DNA of 64,000 nucleotides from Mustelus asterias (lineage: Eukaryota), in assembly GCF_964213995.1 (NCBI RefSeq), contig NW_027590123.1, forward strand, positions 2,418,001-2,482,000. Direction: 5' to 3'. The position numbers and the translations under genes are program-made. The notes beneath the pieces were generated by a model that was not told the origin of the DNA, made no database searches, and saw only the letters and a list, made by a program, of their open reading frames with translations. Position 1 is the first letter of the stretch, and each line of letters starts with the position of its first letter. Shown here piece after piece: positions 37,130 through 48,001 of the stretch.

Positions 37130-39290
37130 AATTCATGATTTATTTTAATATGTAAGCATCAGTTAACATGAATAAAAGCCTAAACATCTAATTATTTTAT
37201 CTTTCCGAAACCTTTTTCCTTTATCCCTGCAAGAATTTTCAAACGCAGTTTTATTTTCATTGAGCCAGAAAACGTGTAACCGCTCAGTATCACAGAGTTG
37301 AAACAATACGGAAACAATTGAGAAACACCAAACCATTTCACAAATTTTGAGATGAGATAAGTAATTAATTATCTCGGTATACAATTACAAATTACTTGGA
37401 AGGAATAATCTGATTGCGACTGCACAGAAAAAAAATGTAATAATCGGATACAGAAATTGCCAAAAAACAACGTCTTATTCTGCAAAACTCGTATTCCAGT
37501 GAGTGCGAACTTAATCTGGGATATAACGACTAATGCAAAGTATCTTGTTGAATTGGGCGCTGCTTTGGAAACAGCACGTTATCATTGAAATAGTTTCTGG
37601 AATTATCACAAAATATTTCCAGCCCAGAAACTTTTCTGGTCATTTTAATTGTGTGCAAAGCACAACAGAACTATTAGAGGTGATTAATGAATAATGATAT
37701 TAACATTTAAAAAATCTTTGGTGAATATGGAGTTATATTACCGATCAATAATTGTTTGATTTATCTTAATTTTATGATCAAATCTGTTAATGAGAAGTTT
37801 GTGATTGCAGCAATGACTTAGTGTCCAAATGAACTTTGTAAGTCATGATTTATTTTAATTTGTAAACATTAGTTAAAATTTATAAAAATGTTGTGATATC
37901 TTTATTTCATTTTTTTCCAAAACCTGCCTGTTTTCTACTACAAGGACTTTCAAACTCATAGATTCTTTGCATTCAACCAGAAAACGTGTAACCGCTCAGT
38001 GCTGCCGAGTTTAAACAATGCAGAAACAATGCGGAAACACCAAATCACTTGCAAATTTTAAACTATCATAGTGGCCGAACCACAGATCCTCCTGAACATA
38101 AACACTCCAAAGCACATCACTGAGGGAATTATTCCGCTTCATGAAGAAGCAGCTCAATTATTCCTTCAACATAATCAAATGTAACATTGCAAGAAAATCT
38201 CAATATCGAATCCAGCAAAACAGCTCGTCACCAAATGTGTGAATTATTAAACAAAACAGAAATCTGGAATAATAGCAGTAGCATTGTGAAGAGATAGAAT
38301 ATATCCAACACATTAATATGGAAACTTTACCACATTTTATTCATATTGGATCATATTTCAAACATATTTAAATATTTGGATGGTAAAAGCTGCAGCAATC
38401 ACTGAGATTTAACATTGCAGGTTAACCAAATAGTGAATGCAGTGGCAAACTATATTCTGAACAAACAGCGTAAACTGTGATTTAGTTTAACCTGCAATTA
38501 TCAATTATGATTTTCAAAAATACCAATGGAATAAAGCCTGCCTGATTTCAGCATATAATCATGCGTCAAGCAGTTTCAGACGCGAAGACTGTTTGTATTC
38601 AATCACAAAGTGTGTAACAGCTCAGTGTCACCGAGTTTAAATAATGCAGAACCGCCAAACCATTTCAAAATTTTTACTTATTCAAAGTCACCCAGACCCA
38701 CAATCTCCTCAACAGAAAAAATATACATCACTGAGCCCCGCATAATGCAGAAGCAGCTCAATTCTACAAACACTTTCAACAGAATCAAATGTAACTTTGG
38801 TCGCAAATCTCAAATTTAAATCCAGCCAATCCGCTCATCACCAAACTAATCAATAATTAAATGAACAGAAATATGTCAGAACCACACCAGCATTGCGAGT
38901 AAGCGGAATATGATCACTCAATTAATACAGAATCTTTAACACACTTTTAAAATATTGGGTTTGATTTCAAATGCGTGTGCAGCAGATGGTACAACCCGCA
39001 GCCACTAGATGTCACCGAGTTTATACACTGCAGAAACGTCTAACTGTTTAACAGAAGTTAGACAGTAACTTTTAAAGTAACCCAGCCACACAATGTCCTC
39101 CGCAGATAAACACCAAAATGCCACAACCAAGGATTGAATCCCTCAGCATCGCCTTGTCAATTAACAGTAGAATTTTATAACCCCCATTTTAAGCAGAGTC
39201 ACATGAAACATTGTTAAGATTTTTAGTACAGAATCCACCAAACCACATTTCAGTGAACGAATGAATTAATAAAATCGATAAAAAATATAA
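37130..39290. repeat. Degenerate tandem array of ~400-700-bp units just 3' of JH
   Basis: Core gtgtaacc/agctcagtg…ccgagtttaaacaatgcagaa at about 37275, 37985, 38612 and 39010. Confidence 0.8.
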
Positions 39291-39338
39291 AATAAAAGCT
39301 CAAGTAAAACAGTTACTAAATAATTGCATGGTTCTTAC

Positions 39339-39387
39339 CTGCAGTCACCGTCACCATGGTCCCTTGTCCCCAAGTAGTCAAAGTAGT
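39339..39387 (-). CDS. IGHJ: JH segment (TTLTTWGQGTMVTVTA)
   Basis: WGQG motif; donor G|GTAAG at 39338; preceded by a 23-RSS. Confidence 0.95.
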
Positions 39388-39426
39388 CACAGTGTCACAT
39401 TCGCTTGGCTGGGTCATACAATAACT
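39388..39426 (+). other. JH recombination signal sequence, 23-bp spacer
   Basis: Plus strand CACAGTG, 23 nt spacer, ACAATAACT abutting the J coding end. Confidence 0.93.
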
Positions 39427-39752
39427 GGCCCTGCAAAAAATAGACAGAAAAGCCGCCATTATTTTAAATATTCACAAACCTGAGGAAAAGCAAAGTCAAT
39501 TAATATTCATGAGATTATTATTGTATTTGTGGATACCGTTCGCTCTACATAAATAACCCTTATGTTTTGTATTTCACCGGGTATCACATGAACATGTTAT
39601 TGAAAACACCAAATGATAATTGAATAGTTATCATAAATTTTCCATTTGATTCTCGCTGTTTGTACAGAGCTGGACATAAATAATACAGCACTGCAAATAA
39701 TGTTGGATGGTAAAACAGAGCACTGACCCAGTCTCGGTCAATTAGTGCTGAG

Positions 39753-39818
39753 GGTTTTTGTATTGACAGTAACTGATGTGCCACCCCTATCACAGTGACA
39801 CACACTCGCACAAAAACT
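39753..39818 (-). other. DH segment (coding 39781-39790, ATAGGGGTGG) flanked by two 12-bp-spacer RSS
   Basis: Minus strand: AGTTTTTGT-12-CACTGTG | ATAGGGGTGG | CACATCA-12-ACAAAAACC. Confidence 0.92.
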
Positions 39819-40190
39819 GCACTTACTCTCTGTTCAGTATTGCCGCTCAATATTCACTTCAAATAGACCATTATTCGTGATGTAAATTACACTTCATGCA
39901 ACAGTTTACAAAACACAATCTAAAAACATCTCCTCCAAGTATCAGAAATATTAAAACGAGCGTTATATCCAGGTGTGTAATTGCTGAAACTGTTAACAGT
40001 AAATATAAACAGAGTGAAAAGCTCAGCCCATTATGTCTGTGTGTTTTCTTGGTTTAATGTTTAATTTTCACTAAGTTGGGTTTGTCAGAAGCAGTTGGTG
40101 TTTTGCTTCTGATCACTGTCGTTAGTGTTATATTTAAAACAGATACTGACCTTCAGGTTATGATGAAAGTTGCAGAATTCCCTCTCGAGC

Positions 40191-40229
40191 TGTTCTTGTT
40201 CGGGTCCATCCCTGGTTCCTCTCGCTGTG
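40191..40229 (-). other. VH recombination signal sequence, 23-bp spacer
   Basis: CACAGCG, 23 nt spacer, ACAAGAACA immediately 3' of the V coding end. Confidence 0.93.
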
Positions 40230-40534
40230 ATCTCCTGCACAGTAATAGATGGCGGTGTCTTCGGTCTTCAGCCTTGTCATGTCCAAAGAGAAGATGTTGG
40301 TTGAAGTGTCTTTGGACGCAGTAAATCGATCCTTAATTGCTGGGGCGTAGTTGTTGCTGGATGAAGTATAGTACCACACCAGCCACTCCAACCCCTGTCC
40401 TGGAACCTGCCGGATCCAACCCATGCCATAGCTGCTAAGATCGAAGCCGCTGGTTTTACAGGTCAGTTTCAGGGAGCCTCCTGGACGCCCGGTCTCTGCC
40501 TCTGGCTGAGTCAACACAACCTCCGACTGGACAC
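40230..40534 (-). CDS. IGHV: Ig heavy-chain V segment exon, intact ([42 protein letters not shown]...[10 protein letters not shown])
   Basis: Acceptor ttttacag|GT; both canonical Cys, WIRQ, GLEW and YYC motifs; open frame; followed directly by an RSS. Confidence 0.97.
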
Positions 40535-40666
40535 CTGTAAAAATCGATCAAAAAACCCGAGGATTAATCCTGGTGTAATGATTTTTGACTCTGGAATATT
40601 ACAGAGATGGACTAAAACTGAGACAGTAACTGTGGGAGACTTAGACAATGAAAAATAACTACTCAC

Positions 40667-40712
40667 CGGATAAGAAAGTCAGCAACAAACTGAGAGAAAT
40701 CGCCGACCTCAT
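40667..40712 (-). CDS. IGHV: IgM VH leader exon (MRSAISLSLLLTFLS-G)
   Basis: ATG at 40712; 46-nt hydrophobic signal-peptide exon ending in a phase-1 donor G|GTGAGT; short intron to the V exon. Confidence 0.95.
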
Positions 40713-40794
40713 CCTTCTGGTAAATTGGGGGAAATGGTTGTGTCAGGAACTCAGTGAACAAACCAACTCCCGGACTGTTGGATTCCGGTCCCAG

Positions 40795-40870
40795 TGAGCG
40801 GTATTTAAATACCCGGCAGAAGGGGGCGGCTTTCCAAGCGCCGCCTGTTGATTCCCTGCTGGAGGCGGTA
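40795..40870 (-). promoter_or_regulatory. VH promoter: TATA-like GTATTTAAATAC and GC box
   Basis: Palindromic TATA-like box at 40801-40812, about 90 nt upstream of the leader ATG; GGGGGCGG just upstream; no octamer seen nearby. Confidence 0.7.
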
Positions 40871-42159
40871 ACTGGATCCAGGTCCCACCTTCCACACCCC
40901 AACAGAATGGACTCCCAGATTTACAATAGGTTAATATTAAAATGGACATTTTGTCTGTGTCGGGATATTTGTTTGGCTGAATATGTCCATTGTATTGTCT
41001 CCATTATTGCTGATGGTGATATTGCAGTTCATCATTTCTTTATTTAAAATAACTAATTCCATTGTAAATATGGTGATTTTATTACCACGCCCCCAAGAAG
41101 AACACATCTAAAAATGATGAAATAACATTTCGGAAAATAAAGAGACCGTCAGTCTGACAATTCCGGGTCTCTGTCACATTACAAAAATAAAGCATAATTT
41201 ATCAGAAGAATTTTTACCGATTTCTGTAACTAAATGAGGAGTATAAACAAAGTGATTGCATTTACAGTGCGGATGGCTATCACTGTACAATTTGGGTTTG
41301 GAGATGAGAAGAAACTCTCACACAATACATTGTTTCTCCTTATATTTGTCAAACTGCCCCAATCTCGAAGACAGCCCTTTGAAAATAATAAGAATCGCGC
41401 CCTCCTGATAATTAAATAGTGAGTTGACAGAGAAACATAAAATTAACATCGACTTTTGACAGAGAAGTTAATGAATGGAACGGACACGGAGATCACTAAA
41501 GTTTTCCTTCAGCATCCAGATCATTGCAGGTCACTCTATCGGCCACCGGCTGTCTAACATTCGCTGGTATTGCGAACACAAGATATCAGGGCTTTGCGGC
41601 ACATTGCACAATATCACAAGAATAAATGTTTTATCTTCCATTGAATCAGGTTATGAACTGATCATTTCTCCACTCATTGGCAGCTATGATTGAAACTCTT
41701 CAATAACAGGAATCAGATTATACTGTACAATAGAATAGGGTGTTAATCAGGTATAAGAGACGCTGCTGTTTAAGTGTGATACAGAACGCTCAGAATATTC
41801 CAGGAGTTCCCGCTGTTCATGTCAGTTTTATGATGTTCCCTTAATATTATTTCGATGCATTTTATGCCATTGCACTGATTTCAATTGACTGGGGAATTGG
41901 GACCATCAGCATCTCTCTCTCGCATTTCATGAAGTGGTTAATAAACTGACTTTAATTTGTGGAATGGCATTTACTTGGAAGTTATACAAATGAAAAAGCA
42001 TCTGGTCACTTTATTGTTTTGCGATACTATTTACTCACATAATGAAGAGGCCATTGAATGAAAATATTTGATTAGAATGATTACGATTTAAAATGTGTCT
42101 TTCTTGTGGGAATGAAACAATTATTGTTTAAATGCTGAATCGCATTTTGTCCATTTAGG

Positions 42160-42385
42160 TTCACGCTAATCTGTCCCACACAGTATTTGGCAGCAATCCA
42201 GCCTTCTGCCAAATGCTCAAAGTTATTGACAGGAAGCATCTGGGGGTGTTGCGCAGCAGAACAAAGATCTGTTTCCTCAGTACTGACCGCTTGGCTGCAA
42301 GCCAACTTAAAACCCTTCACATTGTCAATGAGGCCTATTTATAAACAAATCTACCCAGCAACAGTACTGGAGGCACTTTAATTTT
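42160..42385. promoter_or_regulatory. Candidate IgH upstream enhancer (copy 1)
   Basis: ACAGGAAGCATCTG (Ets plus E-box), perfect NFI site TTGGC-N5-GCCAA at 42291-42305, MEF2-type CTATTTATAA, FOX-type TAAACAAA; 44-bp exact identity with the paralog. Confidence 0.5.
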
Positions 42386-43764
42386 TAAAAGTTGTAAATC
42401 TAGATGAATTTTTCCCATCTCTAATGAAAGGAAAGTTATGCAGCTTCTCGGGCACCCTGTTAGCAACAATGATGATTTTTCCAACACATCAGGATATGGT
42501 GTTAGATGGATAGAAAGAATTACAGGCAAACTGAGAGATGTCTCAGAGAGACGATACATGAACATGTTTGTTTGTATTTTCTTTCCCTTTATCTTTCCAT
42601 GGGATGTTTGGTTGCAAAGACCGGCACTTTTTGTCTGTCCCAAATTCCCTTGAACTGACTGGTTTTCTAGGCCACTTCTGAAGATATTAAAGAGTCAGCT
42701 ATTTTGCTGTCCATCTGGAGTCACATCCTTGTGAGACCAGGTAGCGATGGCAGATTTCACTCATTGGGGAATCAGAGAGGGTCCGATGGTCGCCATTAGC
42801 ATCTGTTCCATATTTATTAATTGAATTCATATTCCACCAGCTGCAATGCTCCGATTTAAATCCCTGTCCCCACATCATTGTCCTGGGTCTCTGGATCACT
42901 GGGCCACTTCAATTAATATTACGTCACCATCTGTGCAAACAATAAATGAATGACTGTGTTGATGAAGGAATGAATGACCGTTGAATGAATGATATGAATA
43001 TCAGTTGGATGGCTGAATATTTTGATTGAGGAATCAGTGAACGGATTGATGGATGCATTGTTAAATGGTACTGAAAGATGCTGTTCCACATTCCCAGATT
43101 TGTACTTGACTGGTTCATAAATTGAAACAGTTCCTTGATTCCATTTCTGTCAGTCTAATAACTTCAATAACTTCCAGAGGGTCTGGGTGAAATCAAACCC
43201 GATTTTCTCGGGAGTTAGCAAGCTGATCCTCATGAAAAGAAGAGGGGATTTTCCTGCGGCACGGATGGTTCATTTCTCTGCTGATGCTGAATATTCATAT
43301 CCAAGATCGAAAGAGGGAACATGATTTGGCTGAGGAGGGAGGATTGTAATATTTGAAACATGTGCAGCAAATCACTCAACATGCCCTCACCCAAATTAGT
43401 GAAGGTAACAAGCTGTAAAATAAATAATGTGGCAACAGATATATTGTGAAACTCACTGGACAACTACAAGGTTTACAATGTTTCCCAAAACAGTGTAATA
43501 ATGAATCGGGATTTAAAAATTCAGTAAAATAAGGTGCAAGGTAGTTTAATTTATATAATCACTTTGGAAATCATCACACCAGTTATGTATCAGGAGTTTA
43601 AAGCGCAGAGACTGCTGGGTAGCGACTCATGATCCTCAGTCTGAATTCATTCAATTTCCCACTGCATTCTGGGACAGGTTTCTATCCTTGGTGACAAAAA
43701 GGCCAATACAATGTCAAGAAATGTTAATATCAATAAATTATTCAAAGCAAAATTGTATAGAACG

Positions 43765-44295
43765 AAATACTGAAAACAAACAGAAAATGCAGGAAAATCT
43801 CAGCAGATCTGACAGCATCTGTGCAGATAGAGTGGACCCAACGTTTCGAGTCTGGATGACGCTTCGGCAGAGTGTTCCTAATGCGTTGGAGAGATTATCA
43901 TTGTATCCAACAAGGTGTCAGACAAGCTGCATAACTTTCTTGTGAGATGTGAATAGTTCAAATAGGCACTGTTTAATTATATGCACTATTTCGAGCCACA
44001 CACAAGCTGCATCAACTTACATACGGATCCCAAATATCATAATCAACTGATCCATGCTAACTGACCTAATCAACGTCTCAATCACGAACTATATCCTAAA
44101 GAAACTTCCTAATCCCTTTCCACCCTCATCATTTCCCAATGCCATCGCCCTCTTCAATTTTCTCGAAATAAAAAAGGGTCATCCTGATTCGAAACTTTGA
44201 CTCTATTCTCTCACCACAGATGCTGTCAGACCTGTTGAGATTTTCAGAATTTATTATTTTTGTTTCAGTTTCCAGAATCCGCAATGTTTTTCATT
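43765..44295. mobile_element. Penelope-type inverted pLTR arms (43765-43870 and 44170-44295)
   Basis: aaatctcagcagatctgacagcatctgtg and its reverse complement about 300 nt apart. Confidence 0.55.
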
Positions 44296-44757
44296 TATTA
44301 AAATGCTGAATATAATTGGTGAAATAATTGTTTATCTGTATTAATTGATGTTAATTGGTGAATTGGAATTACCCCGCCTGGATATTTCCCTCCAGACGCT
44401 CATAAACCTGACTTGGACATATATTACCGCTCCTTTACTGTCGCTGGGTCGGAATCCAGGAGAACCCTTCCTAACAGCACTGTGGGTGTACCTACACTGC
44501 AGGTTGTGCAGCGGTTCAAGAAGGCGGCTAACCACCAGCTGACCGAATGCACTTAGCAATGTGAAATAAATTATAGCTTAGACAGTCACCCACCTTCCAT
44601 AAAGTAATTTTAAATAGACTAACCTTTGTGAATGAATGAGAATTGGTGAATGCATTTATTAAATTGTGAATGGACGGTCATTAGTGAAAATAATTACTAT
44701 CTTTCTGAACATTTATGACATTCTCCTTATTTGCTGGAAGATTTAAGGTTTGTAGTT

Positions 44758-45053
44758 CATTTATTAATATCACAAGTAGGCTTACATTAACAGTGCTTTG
44801 AAGTCACTGTGAAAATCCCCGAGTCGCCACACTGTAGCGTCTGTTCGGGTACACTGAGGGAGAATTTAGCCTGGCCAGCGCACATTACCAGCATGCCTTT
44901 TCGGACTTGTGCAAGAAACTGGACCACCCAGAAGAAATCCACGCATAAACGGGGAGAATGTACAGACTCCGCACAGACACTGACCCACGCCGGGAACCAA
45001 ACCAGTGGCCCTGGCACTGTGAGGCAACAGAGCTAACCACTGTGCCACCATGG
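44758..45053 (-). mobile_element. HE1-like SINE variant
   Basis: tRNA-like head and V-domain on the minus strand. Confidence 0.8.
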
Positions 45054-45059
45054 CACCCA

Positions 45060-45450
45060 CAATTCCATAAGGCATGCATGATTCAAATTTATCACACATT
45101 TTTGCAAACTAAACCGATGGAAGAGACTGTTACAACTACAGGCATATCTCAGTCATAACATCACGGGAAAGATCTTTGCTGGGGTCACACTTGAAATACA
45201 TCATCTGCTTGCAGACCGGGTATATCTGATGTGCAGTTTAGTGATTGTATAGGAAGATTTACTCCACCCAACAACTTCTCCATGTTCCATATATGTCCAT
45301 ATCTTTAACGTACTTCGGTCAATCTCGCTAAGACATTCATCACCGTCAGCAGGGCAAGGAATACAGGATTTTGGTGATAACTGGTTCTACACCAAAGCTC
45401 CTAATATCCATTCATGATACAAAAACAATAACACACAATGACGAATGGTA
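45060..45450 (+). mobile_element. Ancient RTE-like RT relic (paralog at 61740-62120)
   Basis: The paralog translates …TFVNLIKTFNTGSRAG…, resembling the RTE motif FVDLTKAFDTVSR. Confidence 0.4.
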
Positions 45451-47089
45451 GCTTAATGTGGCCGAACTAACTTTTCAAAAATTGGCTTCCTCAATCATCA
45501 GAAAAGGTGACATATGTAAAGGAAGCCAATCTGAATTGGATGTGTTTATTGTGTGTCCGTCGTGTAGTGTAAATGGAAGGATGCACGTGATCATTGTGGA
45601 ATTAATTTGTATCAAACACGATGTATTTCACACAACACACACACACACCAAGATGCTCAATTTGGGTCCCGCAAGGAGCACTCGATTCCAGAAATGATTT
45701 GGAAAGAGCCCAAATATGGATTTTTAAAAATAAATTAAAAAGGTGAATAGAGAGTGCCTGCCCTTGACATGGACACAGCGTCTGACCGTTTGTGGCATCA
45801 AGGAGCCCGAGCGAAACTGCAGTCAATGGGAATCAGGGGGAACAGAGTCCACTGCCTGAGTCATACTGAGCACAAAGGAAGATGATTGTTGATGGCCAAT
45901 CTTGCCAGTCACACGCATTGCTGCAGGAATTCTTCAGGTTAGTGACCTAGCCCCAAGCTTCAGCCTTCATCAAATTTCAGAAGTGGGATTTTCACTGATG
46001 ATTGGACATAGTTCAGCACCAGTCGCGGCTCCTCAGATACTGAAACAGTCTGTGCCCATATGCAGTAAGACTTCGAAACATTTAGTGTTTGGCTAATGAA
46101 TGACAAGGAACATTAATGCACAACAAGTGGCAAGCAATGACAGTCTCCAATGAGGGAGATTCCAAACCACTCCCCATGACATTAAATGGCATTGCCCATC
46201 GCTGAATTCGCCCACTATCAACATCCTATGAATTGTAATTCGTGAAAATCTGAACGGAGACAGACGTTTAAATCATGTGGCCACAGGAGCAGGTCAGACG
46301 CTCGGAGTTCTGCAGTGAACAACGCACCTCCTGAATTCCAAACTCCTATCCATCATCTACAAGGCAAAAGGCTGGAGTATGAACAGATATCACAGAACAG
46401 TAAAGCACAGGAACAGGCCCTTCGGCCCACCAAGTCTGTGCCGACACAAATGATTGAATATTCTCTACTTGCCTGACTTGTGCCACTCAAAAGCTCAATG
46501 CCATTCTAGATAAAGTAGCTGCCTCGAAGAACACCCCACCCACCAGCTTCCCAAAGCTTGCCACCACATTCTCAAAGGAATTCATGGTTTGACAACAAAA
46601 GCTGACTTTCCCAGTGACATCAAAATCACATGAAACGATTTTAAACATACCATATCTCTGCCTATATTCAGCTAGCCTCTGCCTCTGTCTGTATTACAGT
46701 AGGCTGTGCCTGGATCATATTCCAGGAGGTCATGTCTAAGCTATTTCCTGCACTTGGCTCAATATCAGGTGTTCGTATATGAGACACAGGCCCTGCTTAT
46801 ATTATAATTTCTAAGTTATGGCGGTACTGAGCCATGCTTCTGCTGATCTGACAAGAGGCCGTGTCTCGATTCTTACTGCCTCAGAACATTTGCCACTGCA
46901 TACTAAACTGGAGCAACTGCTTCATGCATGACACATGGTTCTGTCACAGTTATTATGCGAATAGTTCATTAGATTTTGATAAACTAGATCTTGTTTACGT
47001 GAATGCTGCACTAGTCCATGTATTTATTTTTTTAAGACTATGTCACGTCTCAGCTATAATTGCATTTTGCAATACCTCCTAATTGCTGC

Positions 47090-47410
47090 ATTGTCCGTAT
47101 CTCAGTGTGTATCAGTCTAGGCCCTGTACCAGTAATTATTACAAATAAACTGGGCTCTGTCTCAGTTTACATCAGTCTGGGTACTGTATCAGTAATCATT
47201 ACTAATACACTGGACTCTGTCTCAGTTTACACCTGTCACTGTCCGGTATCTATTAGTAATTATTATTAATGCTCTTGACTCCATCTCAGTCGAAAGAAAT
47301 TTAGGTCCTGTATCATTAATTACTGGGCTCTGTCTCAGTTTATATGCAGAAGCTCCTATGTCCAGTAAAACTGCACTAGACACTGTCTCAGTTTTATTTT
47401 CCTCGACATT
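47090..47410 (+). repeat. Degenerate ~60-bp tandem repeat
   Basis: Recurring ctgtctcagtttacatcagtct…gtatcagtaat.attac. Confidence 0.65.
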
Positions 47411-48001
47411 GTCATATATATTTGTAATGTTTGTTTCATGGGATGTGGGTGTCACTGAAAAGATCAGCATTTGGCCTTTGACCATCCCTACATGGCACTC
47501 GGAACGAACCCATTTCTATTTTGCTGGATCAGGACCCCGTTTATGTTAAATTAGAGTCTATCTCTGTTAATACACTGCTAGACTAGAAATCAGTTTATAT
47601 TGCACGAGCCACACTCTCTGGTTCAGTCATATTTGATCCTGACCCTGTGCATATTTCACTCGACTGTGTTAATGTTATGCCTGCACTTAACTTTGCCTCT
47701 ATTTGAATGATGTCTGCATTTCCCCGCGGTTCTACGAGAAGAAGAGATATTATGTTGGATGAAAAACAGTGGTCTCTGGCAGGATTCTGAAACAGGCAGT
47801 ATTGGATCGACAGTATTTGGTCGGTGCGGGCTTCCAGTGCCGAAGGGCCTGTTCCTCTGCAGTAAATTTCCTTGTTCTTTGTTCTGTGTTGACAGTGCAT
47901 GCTATAGAGGTCTTAGTATCCATTTTCAATGCAGTCAGCAGAAGTAGATTTCAGATAACACAGCTTCTTTTCCTTGTTTAAGAGGATGTTCCTTGTTTAA
48001 G

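Noticed and set aside
40077-40120. Possible second D or RSS (gggtttgt…cactgtc) between V and D
   Set aside because: Spacing is neither 12 nor 23 and there is no opposing RSS; it is only a short hairpin (cagaagca/tgcttctg).
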